Shown piece after piece: positions 59,041-61,991 of a DNA stretch of 61,991 nucleotides. The notes under the pieces are model-generated. The model made no database searches. It saw nothing but the letters and a program-made list of their open reading frames with translations, and was not told the DNA's origin. This stretch comes from Candidatus Cloacimonadota bacterium (GTDB lineage Bacteria > Cloacimonadota > Cloacimonadia > JGIOTU-2): assembly GCA_034722995.1 (NCBI GenBank), contig JAYEOL010000032.1:1-61991 (forward strand). The letters run 5' to 3'. Within the stretch, counting starts at the first letter, position 1. Each line of letters opens with the position of its first letter. Both the position numbers and the translations under genes were made by a program.

Positions 59041-59400
59041 CCAAGGTCATGCCATAGGCAGATCCTCATTTGGAGGACAGATCCCGACTTGTCGGGAGAT
59101 CCTTTGGAAAAGATATTCAGTGGTAGGTTCATTATGGAATGGTCTGTGCTCCGTAGTCCCGATATAATCGGGACGAAGGATGAATCCATGACGGCTCCTC
59201 GGACAATGGACCAAAAAAGAGATTTTCAAGGGAAATATACATCTCCCCGACGCATTGGGGACTCAAAGGAAAACAAAAATTTCACAGATTATTTTTGGAG
59301 TCGGCAAGTTCATCCTTCGGAGTCCCGACCCGTCGGGACGGAGAATGTATCTCTTGCCGAATTCGGCCAAGAGACCTCCCAATTAAATTGGGAGCTACTC
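59041..59400. repeat. repeat-filled spacer: GGATC-punctuated hairpin concatemer, TCCCGA-hairpins and a REP-like GGAGTCGGC...GCTACTCC composite
   Basis: 59041-59105 is the reverse complement of the 53161-53224 architecture. 59296-59393 begins ggagtcggc and ends gctactcc, like the RAYT-flanking REPs, with nested palindromes in between (tctcttgccgaattcggccaagaga; ctcccaattaaattgggag). Confidence 0.7.
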
Positions 59401-59733
59401 CATAAAGGGATTTTCAGGTGAAAAAAGTCATTGTAACACGCTTACAAAAAATTGAGCAAGAAGAGAATGTAAAGATATTATATGCGGCATGCTGGTTCAA
59501 GTTTATAACTTGAATCATAAAGTTTGGATAAAGGCAAAGAGATTAATTGGTTGTAAAACAAATGGTTCAGATTACAAATCTGAACCAGCACAGTCCCTAT
59601 TGCAGAACAGCAATTTTATTCATTTCCGCCAGAGGCAGTTCATTCGGAAACCTTCACCACCTTAAAAATATATCTCTCTGTACCCAGCGTTAAGCCTTTG
59701 TGGCCACCGCTCAAAGTAATAACAATTTTATTT

Positions 59734-61991
59734 TTATCTTAAAATCACCATCTTTCTTATTTCAGAATAATTACCACTTACTTTTATTTGATAAAAATAA
59801 ATACCAGAACTTACTTGATTACCGTTATCGTCTTTTCCATCCCAAACCACTTCGTTAATTTTTAATTTATAATTTCTAATTTTTAATTTTTTTACTAGTT
59901 GTCCTTTCACATTATAAATTTTTATTCGTGCCTGCCGGGGCGTATCCGCCGGCTGGCGGAGAAGACCGGTGGCTAAATGAAATGAAATGGTTGTTGAGGC
60001 ACCAAATGGATTAGGATAATTCTGATAAAGCGTAATTACAGATTGTGGTTCCGGCTCTGGTTCTACACTCACAGGTGGAGCGCCAAATTCATAGCAGCCC
60101 ATATCTACAATTGCTGTTCCTGTATTATCTCCGTCCCAGATGCGAACATTTCTATCTAAATCATAGTCCAAAATAACATAATCATTCAAACCAATATCAA
60201 TACAAGGACTTATATCTTGCAAATGATAATCAAACGGGTCTCCAGCAGCAAACAGTGGGTCTGCATCAATATTTCCCTCACCGGACCATCCACCTTGAAT
60301 ATCTGAATATTCAGCGATTAAATCTGCTGTAGGAGGAAATATCTCCTGTGGAGTATCTCCCCAGAAAATGCTATTCCGAACATTTACTGTAGAACTGTAG
60401 ACAAAAATTCCACCAGCAAAGGATACTGCTGAGTTATTTGCAATTGTACAATTTATAAAATCTGGATTTGAAGCATTTGAATAGATTCCTCCGCCAATTC
60501 CAGAGGTGCTTGTTGCAGAATTATCTGTTATTAGACAATTTACAACCTGTGAATTAGCTGAAGTAAGATAGATTCCTGCACCGCGTTTTGCAGTATTTCC
60601 TGATACAATGCAGTTTTCAATAATAGGGCCAACTTCACTCAAATAGAGTCCCCCACCATATTGGGAAACCTCATTATTCAATAGCAACACATTTCTTACC
60701 TCAAGTGAATTACAGGTATATGAGCATATTCCTCCACCATATTCTGCTGAATTATCTGAAATATCACAATCAATTATTGCAACTGAATCACAATCAGTTA
60801 TGTAAACTGCACCTCCATTATTGGAAGCATTGTTATTGGAAAAACTACAGTTTTTAATTAATGTTGAGGGATTTGAATCTACAAAAATTCCAGCAGCAAT
60901 ATTAGCAGAATTTCCATTAAAACTACAACTATCAATAACTAAATTATTATTCTGGACGGTTCCAATAGCGCCGCAAGATGCTGCACCACAACTGATAAAT
61001 TCACAGTTATTAATGAATAGATTTTCACTATTTGAACTAAAAACTGCTCCACCACCAGATTCAGAAACACAATTTTCAAATATACAATTTTCTATTCTTG
61101 CAGATGCATTCTCGCAGTTTATACCGCCCCCATTTCCAAAATTATTAAAATTGGTGAAGGTAAAACCACTAACAATAGAAAAATCATTATTACTTATCTC
61201 AAAAGCAAAACCAGCATTCTCACCATCAAGAATGCAATTTTCAGGTCCATATTCAGAAATTACTGTTACATTTTTACCATCAAATGAGATGTTCTTATTT
61301 AGCATTCCAGAATACACCGCATCTGCAATAAGTAAGGTGTCACCATCATAAACTGCTTCCATTCCGTCGTGCAAATTCGTATAGTCTCCGCTTCCATCAG
61401 GATTAACATAGACCACATAGCCGCCACCTGTTGCCACATCAATGTAATTTATCTTTGTTTTCGTTGCAGTAAGATTACATGCATCGGTAACAGTCAGAGA
61501 TACCGTTTTCTTGCCCGGTATTTCATAGATATGCAGTGGATTCTGTTCTGTGCTTGTTTCACCATCTCCAAATTCCCAGAACCAGTCAACTATTGAGTCA
61601 ACGACTGAATTACTTACATCAGTAAATTGAACGCTCAAAGGCATAATTCCATAAGTAACATCTGCTGAAAATTCTGCTACAATTATATCAGATTTTTCAT
61701 AAATTCTCACATCATCAATATACACACCTTCTGCAACATCTCCTTCATCACTTACAAATCTGAAGCGTAAAGTCAATTCTGTTCCCGCAGGATATTGTGA
61801 TAAATCATAGTTATATTCAAGCCAATCGTTTCCTGTGGTAAGTGTTCCTAAAGCTCCGCCACTCCCAATAAAATCCAGGTCTATCCATCCGGAACCATCG
61901 TTAATTTCAGCATAAAATCCATCAGTTCCATAATTAGGAAATTCATACCAGCACCAGAATGAAAGCGTTGCATTCTGTCCAATTGTAAAAG
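59734..61991 (-). CDS. secreted parallel beta-helix repeat protein with PKD domain and T9SS C-terminal domain, N-terminus outside window
   Basis: The frame stays open to the window edge (…FTIGQNATLSFWCWYEF… upstream of the ORF-track TTG at 61776). PKD segment WEFGDGETS. Many GGGI/GGAV beta-helix turns. YPNPF...IYNVKGQLVKKL...WDGKDDNGNQVSSGIYFY tail. Confidence 0.85.
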   Translation of the reverse strand, partial: FTIGQNATLSFWCWYEFPNYGTDGFYAEINDGSGWIDLDFIGSGGALGTLTTGNDWLEYNYDLSQYPAGTELTLRFRFVSDEGDVAEGVYIDDVRIYEKSDIIVAEFSADVTYGIMPLSVQFTDVSNSVVDSIVDWFWEFGDGETSTEQNPLHIYEIPGKKTVSLTVTDACNLTATKTKINYIDVATGGGYVVYVNPDGSGDYTNLHDGMEAVYDGDTLLIADAVYSGMLNKNISFDGKNVTVISEYGPENCILDGENAGFAFEISNNDFSIVSGFTFTNFNNFGNGGGINCENASARIENCIFENCVSESGGGAVFSSNSENLFINNCEFISCGAASCGAIGTVQNNNLVIDSCSFNGNSANIAAGIFVDSNPSTLIKNCSFSNNNASNNGGAVYITDCDSVAIIDCDISDNSAEYGGGICSYTCNSLEVRNVLLLNNEVSQYGGGLYLSEVGPIIENCIVSGNTAKRGAGIYLTSANSQVVNCLITDNSATSTSGIGGGIYSNASNPDFINCTIANNSAVSFAGGIFVYSSTVNVRNSIFWGDTPQEIFPPTADLIAEYSDIQGGWSGEGNIDADPLFAAGDPFDYHLQDISPCIDIGLNDYVILDYDLDRNVRIWDGDNTGTAIVDMGCYEFGAPPVSVEPEPEPQSVITLYQNYPNPFGASTTISFHLATGLLRQPADTPRQARIKIYNVKGQLVKKLKIRNYKLKINEVVWDGKDDNGNQVSSGIYFYQIKVSGNYSEIRKMVILR

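Noticed and set aside
59026-59421. A 131-aa ORF and the antisense 60-aa ORF at 59047-59229.
   Set aside because: They are built from the concatenated palindromic repeats of the 58.7-59.7 kb spacer. Their composition is typical of repeats and not of the AT-rich coding DNA.

Overview
AT-rich bacterial window, probably from an anaerobic fermenter. The T9SS-type C-terminal tails and the gene content resemble Cloacimonadota-like genomes, but that is inference only because no database search was possible.

Layout:
- 1-2.7 kb: a truncated nucleotidyltransferase gene, a REP-associated tyrosine transposase (RAYT) bracketed by REP palindromes, and a Kelch/PKD/T9SS surface protein.
- 2.9-8.4 kb: a complete rRNA operon, 16S - tRNA-Ile - degenerate tRNA-like relic - tRNA-Ala - 23S - 5S. 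The 23S carries a 343-nt stem-closed insertion that holds a decayed GIY-YIG gene.
- 8.6-34.5 kb, minus strand: rqcH, a Na+-pumping methylmalonyl-CoA decarboxylase cluster plus epimerase, a 2-oxoacid:ferredoxin oxidoreductase (delta-alpha-beta-gamma), malic enzyme, a C10 peptidase, an efflux adaptor and TolC, a TPM protein, ribBA, a DUF3307/SatD-like pair and an SDR epimerase.
- 34.8-53.8 kb, plus strand: a long co-directional redox supercluster. Order: sucCD, two-subunit class I fumarase, a second OFOR, hdrC, hdrB, hdrA fused to an MvhD-like domain, frdB-like, frdA-like, mvhG (interrupted by an in-frame TAG), mvhA and the hydrogenase protease.
- 53.8-58.7 kb: a tRNA-Ala(GGC)-adjacent islet with a GIY-YIG gene, a Type IIG restriction/modification enzyme and two unknown membrane proteins.
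- 58.7-62 kb: a repeat-filled spacer and a truncated beta-helix T9SS protein.

Main points:
- The most interesting candidate system is the Hdr-Frd-Mvh gene set, a possible cytoplasmic H2/fumarate/ferredoxin electron-bifurcating or confurcating complex. It has several sequence peculiarities: a Cys-less MvhD domain, a non-covalent-FAD type flavoprotein and an amber codon in the hydrogenase small subunit.
- Nearly every intergenic spacer, and several coding regions, carry GC-rich palindromic modules.
- Small selfish-looking genes (four-helix-bundle, GxxExxY, GIY-YIG, a methyltransferase) sit in repeat-bounded cassettes.

All calls come from reading the sequence and the ORF track. No homology searches, folding programs or covariance models were run.
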